Below the pieces are notes generated by a model. The model was given only the letters and a program-made list of their open reading frames with translations, did no database searches and had not been told where the DNA came from. From a virus (lineage: Duplodnaviria; Heunggongvirae; Uroviricota; Caudoviricetes), in the IMG/VR virus record IMGVR_UViG_3300029656_000140: a stretch of DNA of 64,000 bases; one strand, given 5' to 3'. Numbering within the stretch: the stretch's first letter is position 1; every line of letters starts with the position of its first letter. The position numbers and the translations under genes were made by a program. Shown here one piece after another: positions 52,412-62,079 of the stretch.

Positions 52412-52633
52412 TCACATGCGTATGACCCCGGAGAACGGCACGAAAAAGGAGCCGAACAAAAAGCCCGACTCCATCTCATCTCCATCTTCCTGCGGCTGTT
52501 CAGCCATCTCGCACCATTCCGGGTTTTCCCCGTTCACGGATGCCAGAACCTTATCTTCCGCATCGTCAATCGCATGTACACAGATACCCCCGGTGTTGAA
52601 CAATGGATACACACCGATAATTTTCTCACTCAT
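52412..52633 (-). CDS. small hypothetical protein
   Basis: ATG at 52633 follows the RBS GGAGGCGG. Confidence 0.4.
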   Translation of the reverse strand: MSEKIIGVYPLFNTGGICVHAIDDAEDKVLASVNGENPEWCEMAEQPQEDGDEMESGFLFGSFFVPFSGVIRM

Positions 52634-52925
52634 TCCTGTCCGCCTCCTTCTTCCTGCCCCGGTTGGCACAAGCCCGGCTGCAATATTTTCGTTCCAACCC
52701 GTACTGATGCCGGTAGGAAAACTCCCTGCCGCACACCGGGCAGATCTTCGACCGTACGGTCTTCCAGTTCTCCGGTTTCGGATGGGTGTTGTTCCACCGT
52801 GACCGGCATTCTGGTGAGCAGAATTTCCGTGGTCTGCCTTTATGATTCGGCACAATGGCTGTACCGCACTGAGGGCAGAACGAAAAAGCCATGTCCTTGA
52901 TCATCTCAGCCGTATAATCTTCCAT
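52626..52925 (-). CDS. double zinc-ribbon protein
   Basis: CPQCG...CSPEC and CPVCG...CSRAC. Confidence 0.5.
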   Translation of the reverse strand: MEDYTAEMIKDMAFSFCPQCGTAIVPNHKGRPRKFCSPECRSRWNNTHPKPENWKTVRSKICPVCGREFSYRHQYGLERKYCSRACANRGRKKEADRNE

Positions 52926-53139
52926 CTACCCTCACCTCACTCTCATTTTTCGCCGTTTCTTCGGCAGTTTCTTAGAAAAATCTCATAATTCATACGAAAA
53001 GCGGCGAAGTGGAAAACGGCCCCGTCCCGCCTGGTTGAATTGTTGTTGCGGCGGCCGATCTTCGCTCGCCCTCGCTCCTCCCGGAACAAGCTAAAATGTG
53101 CGAAAGCTCCCTGTTTACGAGAGGTTTCACACACTTTGG

Positions 53140-53180
53140 TTCATTTCGGGGAAAAAGAATGGCATCGAAACCGAAGCTCC
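53140..53180 (-). terminator. terminator-like hairpin + U-tract after HNH, inside a ~400-bp non-coding region
   Basis: The transcript GGCAUCGGAGCUUCGGUUUCGAUGCC is followed by AUUCUUUUUCCCC. Confidence 0.45.
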
Positions 53181-53326
53181 GATGCCTGTACATTTTCCTG
53201 TTTCATTTTGCGCCGTTAATCCTCTGACCCCCGGCCTATGAATTTTGCGGTTTTTCACAGAAAAGGGCGCAACGGTCTCCGTGTGACTTCACCGTAGAGA
53301 AGTGACCCCGGCCCCCGGCGGGGGTG

Positions 53327-53686
53327 TCAGTAGGTGTAGGTCGGGTTGATGTCTTCGGTCAGCGTCTTCTTATCGTGACAACTCTTGCAGAGAGACTGCC
53401 AGTTGTTCTGGTCCCAGAAAAGTTTCTGGTCTCCACGGTGCGGAACGATGTGATCCACCACCGTTGCCCGGACGTACTTGCCCTGCTTGGCACACTGCAC
53501 ACAGAGCGGATGAGCTTCCAGATACAACTTTCTGACTTTCTGCCACCGCCTGTTGTATCCACGCTTCGCTGCCGGGCGGGTCACCTCTGGATGGAGAGGC
53601 AGGTGCTTCTCACAGTAGAGCCGGCCGGCTTCCACCAGCTCTGGGCAGCCGGGGTGATGGCACGGTGTCTTTGGTCTGTATGGCAT
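53327..53686 (-). CDS. HNH endonuclease (phage packaging-associated type)
   Basis: CVQCAKQGKYVRATVVDHIVPHRGDQ...LCKSCHDKKT. Confidence 0.85.
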   Translation of the reverse strand: MPYRPKTPCHHPGCPELVEAGRLYCEKHLPLHPEVTRPAAKRGYNRRWQKVRKLYLEAHPLCVQCAKQGKYVRATVVDHIVPHRGDQKLFWDQNNWQSLCKSCHDKKTLTEDINPTYTY

Positions 53687-53689
53687 GGG

Positions 53690-54757
53690 TCAGTCCTCCC
53701 ACGGAAGACCAGCCTTACCGAAGTGACCGTAAGCACTGACCTTGTTGTAGTCTACATCCAGCAGTCCCAGACGCTGGATAATCCCCTGCGGGGTCAGATC
53801 GTAGCTGTCATGGACATAGGCTTCGATGAAGTCAATGGACTGGTGTTCCGTACCGAAGCACTCCACCGACACCCCCACCGGCTGCACCACGCCGATAGCG
53901 TAAGCCAGCTGGACTTCGCACTTGTCAGCGTAGCCCGCCTGCACGATGTCCTTGGCAATCTTCCTCGCCATGTATGCTGCGGAACGGTCCACCTTGGTGG
54001 GATCTTTACCGCTCAGAGCGCCACCACCCATGCGACCGATACCGCCGTAGGTATCGCACGCCAGCTTTCGACCAGTCACACCACAGTCGGCGTAGCTGCC
54101 GCCCAGCACGAAACGACCGGTCGGATTGACGAGCTTCGTAAAGTCACCGTCCAGACCGTATTCGCAGGCGGCCAATACCATCATGGATTCGATGATGTGC
54201 CGGAAGTCGCTGACCTCCACATCCGGGCTATGCTGCACGGAACAGAGGAAGGTGGTGATACGACCGGTGTCGTAATCGTAGCTGACCTGTGCCTTGGCAT
54301 CTGCACGGAACATCTTAGACGGATGGTTCTTCAGCAGTTGCAGGAACTTGGTGGCGACCATATACGGGATCGGCATCTGCTCTGCCGTCTCGTTGGTAGC
54401 GTAGCCATACATGATTCCCTGGTCACCGGCTCCGCCCTTATCCACACCAAGTGCAATGTCCGGGGACTGCTTGTCCACCAGAATGCCAATGCGAAGAAGC
54501 TCGGTCAGGTTCCACCCCAGCTTTTCGGCACCGATGCGGTTGAACACATCGTGGACGATCTGGTTGTAGTTTGGCCGATAGTCGGTGGTGACCTCACCGG
54601 CAATAAAAAGCTGGCTCTTTTTCAGCAGACACTCGATTGCCACACGGGCGTTCTTGTCATGCTGAAGGATGTCGGTCACAATGCCATCTGCGATCTGGTC
54701 ACAGATCTTATCGGGATGGCCATTGCTGACCTGTTCACAAGTGATGATCTTACTCAT
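53690..54757 (-). CDS. metK: S-adenosylmethionine synthetase (MetK), compact phage-encoded version
   Basis: SNGHPDKICDQIAD, GAGDQG and GGGALSGKDPTKVDRSAAY are MetK signatures. It is 355 aa. Confidence 0.85.
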   Translation of the reverse strand: MSKIITCEQVSNGHPDKICDQIADGIVTDILQHDKNARVAIECLLKKSQLFIAGEVTTDYRPNYNQIVHDVFNRIGAEKLGWNLTELLRIGILVDKQSPDIALGVDKGGAGDQGIMYGYATNETAEQMPIPYMVATKFLQLLKNHPSKMFRADAKAQVSYDYDTGRITTFLCSVQHSPDVEVSDFRHIIESMMVLAACEYGLDGDFTKLVNPTGRFVLGGSYADCGVTGRKLACDTYGGIGRMGGGALSGKDPTKVDRSAAYMARKIAKDIVQAGYADKCEVQLAYAIGVVQPVGVSVECFGTEHQSIDFIEAYVHDSYDLTPQGIIQRLGLLDVDYNKVSAYGHFGKAGLPWED

Positions 54758-55026
54758 GTTCTGTCCTCTCTTTCATGTATCACAAAGCAGGCCGTTTTTG
54801 CCCTTGCCCACAAATAGGCTCCCACAAAGACTGCCTGCCCTGTCTCTGTTCATGGTTTCCGTTCATTCTCTTATTTTCCTTTCTTCTCAACTCATGTAGC
54901 ATGTAGCAACCATGTAGCTGAATTTTATATAAGAAAGCTATAAAAGAAAGTAATAATAAAAAAGGTTATGAAATCTCGGCTACAAACCAGCTACATGCTA
55001 CAAAGCACCCAAAATCAGAAAAAAGG

Positions 55027-57456
55027 TCACAAAAGACTGTCCTTTGGCTTATATGCGTCCTGTACCGTCAGGTCTTCCGCTCCAGCTTCTACTTCCTTGA
55101 ACTTGCAGTCCATGATCAGCGTAGTCTGTCCGCCACCGCCTTTGGGGCGCTTTCGGACCACTTTGAAATGCACGCCGATAGCATTTTTAAAGTTCTTCTG
55201 ATTCTCTGAGGAATACCCGTTCTCCTCACACCACTTTGTGTACAGCTGGTATGCTGCTGCCGTCCGAAGTTCCGACCCATCCTCTTTTTCAAGCCACGCC
55301 TCAATGAACTGCCCGATCCGATCAGAATCATCCTTGTAATCTTCCGTTGCTTTCGTGACAGCCTGCGGAAGTTCCAAACCCCGCTGGCAGAACTTTTTGT
55401 ACCCTTCCAGACACCAGTTGAAAATACCTGACAGGTTCTCCGGCTTCGCAAACTGCCCCTTCAGCCCCTGGTCCTGTTCTCCCTCTTCAAAATGACGGTT
55501 AAATGGGATGATCTTCAGTCGGCCGGATTGGAACAAGGTCATATCATTGACATTAGGCAGGTAGTTCGTATTGATAAAAATCTTGAACACCGGCACAAAA
55601 TCAAAGCTGTTCTCATTTAGGAATCGGGCGTTGATGGTATCGTTGCCGGTCATTCTTTTTACGAGAGCTGCATTAAATGTGATCTTCTTCTCCGGCTCAG
55701 AGATATTTACAAATCTGAAGCCGACCAGACGAGCCACTTCTTCCGAAGGTCCGCCTGTGTTCCCACCACGGAATTTAGCTGCCAGCATATCCGGATTCGA
55801 TGTCTTTCCATAGTCGCCCATGATCTTCAGGAAGGTTTCCATTGCAGTGCCTTTGCCGTTTCGGGAAGTGGCACCGTAAAGGATAAACATACACTCCTGC
55901 GAGGTATCTCCTGTCAGGGCGTATCCCAAAGAACGCTGAAGGAAGTCTGCCAGATCTGCATCTCCACACATGACCTCCTTGATAAACGAGTGCCAGCGTG
56001 GACAGTCTGCATCCGGGTCATAGGTAATACCGGATTCCATTGTGAGATAATCCTCCGGCCGATGTTCCCTGAATTCCAGTGTCCGCATATCCAGCGTTCC
56101 ATTTTTGCAATTAAAGAAATACTTGTTCCTGTCGAATGCCTGCATGGAGATTGGATACACGGACATGGCATCTTTCAGCATCGTTTCCCGATTCTTACGC
56201 AGCTGCAGTTTTCGGACACGGTCGATGAACCGCTTCCTGGCATCCTCTTCGGTGATCGTCAAAGCAAACACATACAGCTTGTCAGCCAGCAGCTTTGCCA
56301 GTTCCGATACCTTGAGATTGCCTTTGTCCGGCCGCCAGACAGATCCGTCATAGACATACCAGCCTTTACGTTCACTGTTGTACCGGGCAATCTGCTTGAA
56401 ATAATCCGCAAACATATTGCCCATGCCGATCTCATTTCTGCCATACCGGGCATTTGTGTGCGGTGCCATTTCCTCCAGCGTGATCGTGATCTTGGTGAGA
56501 TCCGGCTGGAATTCGACATAGTCATCCTCATCCAGCTTGGAAAACTCCTCATCCACGATATCCTGTGCGTTGACCGGCATATAGACGGCCGAACAGGTAT
56601 TGACGGTATTGCGGATAGAGATCGCGCCGTAGGTCGAACCAGCCTGTTTTCTGTCCCACTTGTCGCGCATCAGGCCAGAGGTACGGAAAATGCGGTCCAT
56701 CTGCTCCTCATCACAGCCACACCAGAATGCCAGAATAGACAGCAATGCCATATCTGCATCCGACTGGCTACCGTAAAGGTCTTCCCAGTCACCGGCAAAG
56801 AGTTTTTTGAACTTTTCCGAGTTGCTGGCTTCATTGGCGTGCGCGATGACAGCCTCGTCGTCCAGGTACGAATGGTGCTGGAAATGTGTCTGCTGCACCT
56901 GCTTGTTTCGCTTCATCAGCGTGTCCAACAGTGTCGTCATTGCGGTTTCATCGTTCGGGATCTCACCTGTGCGGTAAACATCTCCCGTCACTGTGACGAA
57001 GCGGTTTGTCGCACCGGGCATATACACTTCCAGACCCTTGCTGCGGTTATTGATGTAGTAGACCGTCTTGTCATAGACGTAGTCTTCCGGCACACAAAAG
57101 AAACCTCGCAGTCCTTTGCCGGACGGAGATTTTTCCACGTAAGCCGTAGGAAAGATGGAAAGGACGGTATCCGCCGTATCGTTCAGCGTACCATCCTCCC
57201 GGATACAGTGGTCGATATCAAAAGCTCCGATTCCGTTGCCAACAGCAATACCGATACCGTCATAACCGCCCATCGCATAGGTGACAAGGGTATTCTTGAA
57301 ATCCGAAAATGTACGCAGGTCATTGATCTTTGCCCGTTCTCCCGTTGCCGGATTGTACGGCATCTTGGTCTTCTGGCCATTACGCTTTTCAAACTTCCAG
57401 ACACAGAAGCTGCAGGTCGTTTTCAGCTTGCCCGGAATGTTCTTGATGTCCATCAT
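55027..57456 (-). CDS. DNA primase/helicase (AEP prim-pol N-domain + D5_N + SF3 helicase; P4-type)
   Basis: The AEP motif GAFDIDHC and the Walker A YGATSRNGKGT are present. It is ~800 aa. Confidence 0.85.
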   Translation of the reverse strand: MMDIKNIPGKLKTTCSFCVWKFEKRNGQKTKMPYNPATGERAKINDLRTFSDFKNTLVTYAMGGYDGIGIAVGNGIGAFDIDHCIREDGTLNDTADTVLSIFPTAYVEKSPSGKGLRGFFCVPEDYVYDKTVYYINNRSKGLEVYMPGATNRFVTVTGDVYRTGEIPNDETAMTTLLDTLMKRNKQVQQTHFQHHSYLDDEAVIAHANEASNSEKFKKLFAGDWEDLYGSQSDADMALLSILAFWCGCDEEQMDRIFRTSGLMRDKWDRKQAGSTYGAISIRNTVNTCSAVYMPVNAQDIVDEEFSKLDEDDYVEFQPDLTKITITLEEMAPHTNARYGRNEIGMGNMFADYFKQIARYNSERKGWYVYDGSVWRPDKGNLKVSELAKLLADKLYVFALTITEEDARKRFIDRVRKLQLRKNRETMLKDAMSVYPISMQAFDRNKYFFNCKNGTLDMRTLEFREHRPEDYLTMESGITYDPDADCPRWHSFIKEVMCGDADLADFLQRSLGYALTGDTSQECMFILYGATSRNGKGTAMETFLKIMGDYGKTSNPDMLAAKFRGGNTGGPSEEVARLVGFRFVNISEPEKKITFNAALVKRMTGNDTINARFLNENSFDFVPVFKIFINTNYLPNVNDMTLFQSGRLKIIPFNRHFEEGEQDQGLKGQFAKPENLSGIFNWCLEGYKKFCQRGLELPQAVTKATEDYKDDSDRIGQFIEAWLEKEDGSELRTAAAYQLYTKWCEENGYSSENQKNFKNAIGVHFKVVRKRPKGGGGQTTLIMDCKFKEVEAGAEDLTVQDAYKPKDSLL

Positions 57457-58016
57457 GCCTGTGCCTCCCTTCCCATACAAGCCTGCATCGCAAACTGCTT
57501 TTTAACCGCAGCTTCGATCTCCTGCTTTTTCCTGGCCGAGGTCACACGGCAGAGCCGGTTGCACAGAACCATCTTGTCAATGGTCGTGATCTGCTCCACC
57601 AGCAGAATGGATTCTTCCAGTCCCTCATCCCGGAGCATTTCGCAGTCTCTCCCGGTGACCGGAATGTGTACCGGCAGCTCCAGCTTCTTCAGCTTGGAAC
57701 TCATCGGGATTACCGTGATAATCGGAGAATTGCGGTTTGCCATATCGTTGCTGATAACCAGCACCGGGCGGTTTCCGCTCTGCACCGAAGTGCCATAATG
57801 ATTCCCCAGTTCTGCAAACCAGATCTCATACTGCTTCGGTATCTTTGGTACCGGCCATCTGGTAAGCGGCATCTCCTGAAGCAGCACTCTATTAGGTGCC
57901 GGCTGACAGGAGGCTACTGCCCTTTTCTTGGTCTTCCCTCGCTGATTGATGTATTTATTAACGTGGATCTTTCGTCCATGTGCTGCTGACCGGGCATTCT
58001 TTTTCTTTCTCCCCAT
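57453..58016 (-). CDS. PemK/MazF-fold protein with basic N-terminal extension
   Basis: EIWFAELGNHYGTSVQSGNRPVLVISNDMANRNSPIITVIPMSS matches the MazF/PemK core. RBS GGAGGTGA. It is the first gene after promoter 58170-58205. Confidence 0.6.
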   Translation of the reverse strand: MGRKKKNARSAAHGRKIHVNKYINQRGKTKKRAVASCQPAPNRVLLQEMPLTRWPVPKIPKQYEIWFAELGNHYGTSVQSGNRPVLVISNDMANRNSPIITVIPMSSKLKKLELPVHIPVTGRDCEMLRDEGLEESILLVEQITTIDKMVLCNRLCRVTSARKKQEIEAAVKKQFAMQACMGREAQA

Positions 58017-58086
58017 TGGGATCTCACCTCCAGTTTGATAGCAAAAAGGCCGCTGAAGATGGAATCCTCATAGCGGCCACAAATGT

Positions 58087-58140
58087 AAAAAGGCATAAAA
58101 ACACCGGATGCTTTCCAGTATCTTTATGCCTTTGTTTTCC
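58087..58140. terminator. bidirectional hairpin terminator
   Basis: ggcataaa...tttatgcc with an inner stem ccggatgctttcc, flanked by T-runs on both strands. Confidence 0.55.
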
Positions 58141-58169
58141 TATTTTCCTAGTTTAAAGTATAGCAAAAA

Positions 58170-58205
58170 ACCGATGTACAGTTAAGACGGAAAAGTTCAA
58201 AAACG
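58170..58205 (-). promoter_or_regulatory. promoter of the replication operon (TTAACT, 17 bp, TGcTATACT extended -10)
   Basis: The minus strand reads TTAACTGTACATCGGTTTTTTGCTATACT. Confidence 0.5.
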
Positions 58206-58226
58206 GTTCATTTCCGTTCGTAAAGT

Positions 58227-58673
58227 TCAGTTTTTGCAGAACTTTTTTTCCAGCTGCCGCATCTGCTCCTTGCTGGAGAAAAGCTCTTCTGAAAACTGTT
58301 GCAGCCCGATTTTTTTATGATAAAAGACGGCTGTTTTTCCCATATGCTTCCCATTCTCAAATTCAACTGCTTTCAGAGGAATCCGGCCCAGACAGTGCTG
58401 TCTCACAACGATCTGCGCCTTACTGTCTCTGATCCGAAACGCCGCTGCATCAGCCAGCTCAAGCCACTCTCTTAGAGCTGTATACCTTGCAAGACCTTCT
58501 TCTGCCTGCCGGTCATACATTTCCTTTTCACCCGGATATTTAGAATCCGCAGCCATTTCAAGATCCTGCCTCCACTGCACTTGTGTTTCCTCCGCCAACG
58601 TTTTTACCCTGCTGTATTTCTGGCAGACTTCTTTTGCAAACTCCAGCATATCCTCTTCTGTTTCCTGTTTCAT
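58227..58673 (-). CDS. hypothetical protein
   Basis: ATG at 58673 follows the RBS GAGGAGGTGA. The GTG at 58685 in the ORF track is less likely. Confidence 0.45.
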   Translation of the reverse strand: MKQETEEDMLEFAKEVCQKYSRVKTLAEETQVQWRQDLEMAADSKYPGEKEMYDRQAEEGLARYTALREWLELADAAAFRIRDSKAQIVVRQHCLGRIPLKAVEFENGKHMGKTAVFYHKKIGLQQFSEELFSSKEQMRQLEKKFCKN

Positions 58674-58681
58674 ATTCCGTA

Positions 58682-59230
58682 TCACCTCCTCTGATAGCGG
58701 CCAATTGTGTCGGCCATTCCAATAAGGGCATTTTCTTTCTCCCGGGCTACCGTTCTCCGGGTCAGCAATTTCCCCTCCGCCCCCGTGATTTCCGACTGCT
58801 TCTTCCCATCCACAAACAACTGCTCCGCCACAAGCCGGGTCTGGCCGCGCAGACTGCGAAGCCCGATCTCAAAGAGTTCGATCTGCTCACAGACTTCATA
58901 GTAAGGTTCCAGAAACTGCTCCGTGCGCTGTGTCTGCACTTCCCGGTTCATGGATGCCAGCACCTTATCGCAATTAAGGACCGTTCGTTCCACCGGGTTC
59001 GACAAGCCGCTTGTCTGCACCCGTTCGGATTCCTCATGTGCGCCCTGTGACAGTTTATAGATGATTTCTTCTTTCGTGTAAAACCACGATTTGGATTCTT
59101 CATACTGCTGTCGGAGCAGCTCCCGTCTGCGGACCAAACAGCGATAGGAATCGGCCAGTTTTTTGACCAGCTCCAGACAATCCACCTGTCCAGGTTCATT
59201 GGCAGATGCTACATTCTTTTCCTCAGCCAT
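58682..59230 (-). CDS. sigma-70-family (region 4-containing) phage transcription regulator, ArpU/ECF-like
   Basis: The C-terminal LRSLRGQTRLVAEQLFVDGKKQSEITGAEGKLLTRRTVAREKENALIGMA resembles sigma region 4. Confidence 0.5.
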   Translation of the reverse strand: MAEEKNVASANEPGQVDCLELVKKLADSYRCLVRRRELLRQQYEESKSWFYTKEEIIYKLSQGAHEESERVQTSGLSNPVERTVLNCDKVLASMNREVQTQRTEQFLEPYYEVCEQIELFEIGLRSLRGQTRLVAEQLFVDGKKQSEITGAEGKLLTRRTVAREKENALIGMADTIGRYQRR

Positions 59231-59265
59231 TGTTCGTCCTCCTTTCTGACCGATCCGATTGGTAC

Positions 59266-59577
59266 TTAGCTTGGTGCTTTACCAGCGGCTTTCTTCTTTC
59301 TCCGCTTAGCTGCTTCCTGACGCACCCTCTCCTGCACCCCTTCGATCAGCCGGTCCGCATCCAGATCCGTAAGTGTCTCATACCACGGAGAGTGAAAGAA
59401 TCGCTCCAATCTTTCTTTCTCGTGCATCGCATCCTGGTTCCTTGGATTGACATCCAGCCGGTGAAGCGCCCACTTATAATCCTTGACCGCCTGCAGGATG
59501 ATGGCATTTGCCAGATTCTCATAGCAGGCCATATTTTCACTGACGGCAACTTTTGCAGCACTTCTTACTCTGCTCAT
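59266..59577 (-). CDS. hypothetical protein
   Basis: An ORF in the replication operon with a basic C-terminus. Confidence 0.4.
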   Translation of the reverse strand: MSRVRSAAKVAVSENMACYENLANAIILQAVKDYKWALHRLDVNPRNQDAMHEKERLERFFHSPWYETLTDLDADRLIEGVQERVRQEAAKRRKKKAAGKAPS

Positions 59578-60272
59578 TTTTCAACGCCTCCCATCCTGTC
59601 ATACCAAGGTGCCGGCACCTTATCCGGAGCAGTTCCGTACTTGAAAACATAGATTGTGTGCCACGCGGTCTCATACAAAAGATCCAGCAAACGGCGGTTT
59701 GCTTCCGGCAGTTCATTTGCTTTCTTGATGAACTGCTCGATAAAGTGCTCCCGGTTCGCATTCCCCAGATTCTGGCTCTTTTCCTTTGCAATGACCGCCT
59801 CTGCAAACTGAAAACAGATCTTTTTGTACTGCTGGACACAGTCGTATTTCCACGTGAGTGCATCCAGCAGGACCTTTCGTTTTCCGTCCGGAGTGAGCTT
59901 GGGCATATTCTGGATCTTGGATTTCTGATACAATTCCATAGCCTGTTCTTCCTTACAGAATTCCTGCTGCATCCAGAGCTCACTTGCCCGGATATGGCAC
60001 ATCAGAAGTTCCACTTCATGCTCATAGGCTTCCTTCATGAGAAGATCCCGGTTCATCCGCAGGTCTGCTGCCCTGCGGAGCGGATTCGTACCAAAGAGTT
60101 CACAAAGGAGTCCCTTATCGCCAATCGGCCGAAACATTGCCCAGGGGATGAAGAATCCCTCCTCATCTCTTTTGACTTTCATTGCCGTTACCGGCTTGGG
60201 CTTTTTATAACGATAATCGCTCTCCTCTGCCGGACGGCGGTCCTCTGCATTCAAAAACAGATACTTTTTCAT
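59574..60272 (-). CDS. hypothetical protein
   Basis: ATG at 60272 follows the RBS AGGAGAGAA. Confidence 0.45.
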   Translation of the reverse strand: MKKYLFLNAEDRRPAEESDYRYKKPKPVTAMKVKRDEEGFFIPWAMFRPIGDKGLLCELFGTNPLRRAADLRMNRDLLMKEAYEHEVELLMCHIRASELWMQQEFCKEEQAMELYQKSKIQNMPKLTPDGKRKVLLDALTWKYDCVQQYKKICFQFAEAVIAKEKSQNLGNANREHFIEQFIKKANELPEANRRLLDLLYETAWHTIYVFKYGTAPDKVPAPWYDRMGGVEK

Positions 60273-60280
60273 ATTCTCTC

Positions 60281-61663
60281 CTATCTCCCCAGCTGTGCCT
60301 TTACCGCTGAGATCAGTTTTTCCTGTGTCGTGTCCTTCTGCTCCAAAGCCGCTATGACATCCTCGTCCACCGTGTCCTTGGTGATGATATGGTGGATGGT
60401 GACCACATCTGTCTGCCCCTGCCGCCAGAGTCTGGCATTGGTCTGCTGATACAATTCCAAGCTCCATGTCAATCCAAACCAGATCAGAATGTGTCCGCCC
60501 TGCTGGATATTCAGACCATGTCCGGCCGATACCGGGTGGATCAGGGCAACCGGGATATTCCCCGCATTCCAGTCCTTGATGTCGGTGCTGCTCTTGATGT
60601 CCCGCACCGGAATCTTTTGCTTTGCCAGATGCTCCATGATGCGCTGGCGGTCATGCTTGAACCAGTACGCCACCAGAACCGGCTGCCCATTAGCAGCTTC
60701 GATCAGGTCTTCCAGTGCCTCCAGTTTGTGGTCATGGATGATACGAGCTTTTCCGTTCTCATCGTAGACAGCGCCATTGCTCATCTGCAACAGCTTTCCT
60801 GTCAGTGATGCGGCATTGGCAGCATCTATGTCACCATCTTTCAACGGGATCAACAGGTCCTTCCGAAGCATATCGTAGAGTTCCCGCTCCGGTGCACTCA
60901 TCTCCACCTCATACCGGCTTGGAATACAGTCCGGCATATGGAGGTAATCCAGTGCTTTCATGGAAATCGTGATATCCGAGATCCGCTGGTAGATCAGCTC
61001 CTCTGCTCCTTCTCTGGGCTTGTATTGGAACACAACACCCGTGGAAGGATTCATGGAAGAGGCCTTGAAATAAGCCTCCCTGTACCGGCCGATGAATTTG
61101 CCAAGCCGCTCCCCGCCATCCAGAATCCCGATCTCCGCCCAAAGATCCATGAGACCATTGGAAGAAGGGGTGCCGGTCAATCCAACCCATCGTTTCACAT
61201 ACGGGCGGACTTTCCGCAGGAATTTAAAACGCTGGGACTGGTAGTTCTTGAACGATGACAGCTCATCGATCACGACCATGCCAAAATCCCAGCGCATTCC
61301 GTTTTTCTCATAATACTCCACCAGCCATTTGATATTTTCACGGTTGATGACATAGATCATCGCCGGATGGTGGAGTGCTGCAATGCGAGTCTTTGTATCA
61401 CCTACGATGACAGAAATATCCAGGCCTTGCAGATGATCCCACTTTTCGATCTCTGCCGGCCATGTATCACGGGCCACACGCAGCGGCGCAATGATCAGGA
61501 CCTTGCTGACCTCGAAGGTCTCCAGCATAAGGTCTTTGATGGCTGTTAATGTGATAACGGTCTTTCCTTAACCCAAGCCCATATCCAGAAAAAGGGCTGC
61601 GACCGGGTGTGTTTTGATATACTCCGTACAGTAACTCTGATAATCATGAGGAATGAACTTCAT
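60281..61663 (-). pseudogene. SNF2-family helicase interrupted by one in-frame TAA inside the Walker A motif
   Basis: MKFIPHDYQ...LFLDMGLG-TAA-GKTVITLTAI...DExx VIDELSSFKN...LTGTP...helicase C domain. The two ORFs (61568-61951 and 60281-61528) are in the same frame. The stop lies at 61568-61570. Confidence 0.7.
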
Positions 61664-62079
61664 TTGGGCATCACCTCCTTCCCGGCATCCTGTGCCCGTG
61701 TTTCCGGCTTCTCGCTTTGTGTATTTCCCTGCGGCAATGTAACCGCCGGCAGCTCCGGGATCTTTGCTCCGATCCCCTGTGGGATAGGCTCGCCCGGTTT
61801 CCAGCAAATCAACGCATGGATAGCAGGCTGGATCTGTTCCGGGCGGTCTACGCAGAATACCGGAAAGCCCAGTGCCTCCAGCTGCAGTCTGCGTTTTCTC
61901 TGAAGGATACGCATCTGCTTGCCGGGAGCTTTCAGTTCCACAAAAGCACACTTGCCGCCGAGCAGCAAAACCAGTCGATCCGGCACACCGTTCATGCTCT
62001 GGCTGGTGAATTTAAGGGCCTGCCCACCGGCGGCCCTGACTGCTTCCACAAACTGCTTTTCGACTTCATTCTCCCTCAT
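61660..62079 (-). CDS. VRR-NUC domain nuclease
   Basis: MRENEVEKQFVEAVRAAGGQALKFTSQSMNGVPDRLVLLLGGKCAFVELKAPGKQ. ATG at 62079 follows the RBS GAGGAGG. Its stop overlaps the SNF2 start in ATGA. Confidence 0.65.
   Translation of the reverse strand: MRENEVEKQFVEAVRAAGGQALKFTSQSMNGVPDRLVLLLGGKCAFVELKAPGKQMRILQRKRRLQLEALGFPVFCVDRPEQIQPAIHALICWKPGEPIPQGIGAKIPELPAVTLPQGNTQSEKPETRAQDAGKEVMPK

Noticed and set aside
55990-57798. 602-aa plus-strand ORF
   Set aside because: It is antisense to the primase-helicase gene, low-complexity, and has no recognisable motifs.
61568-61570. TAA reassigned as a sense codon
   Set aside because: TAA terminates many well-supported genes in this window, so global recoding is implausible.
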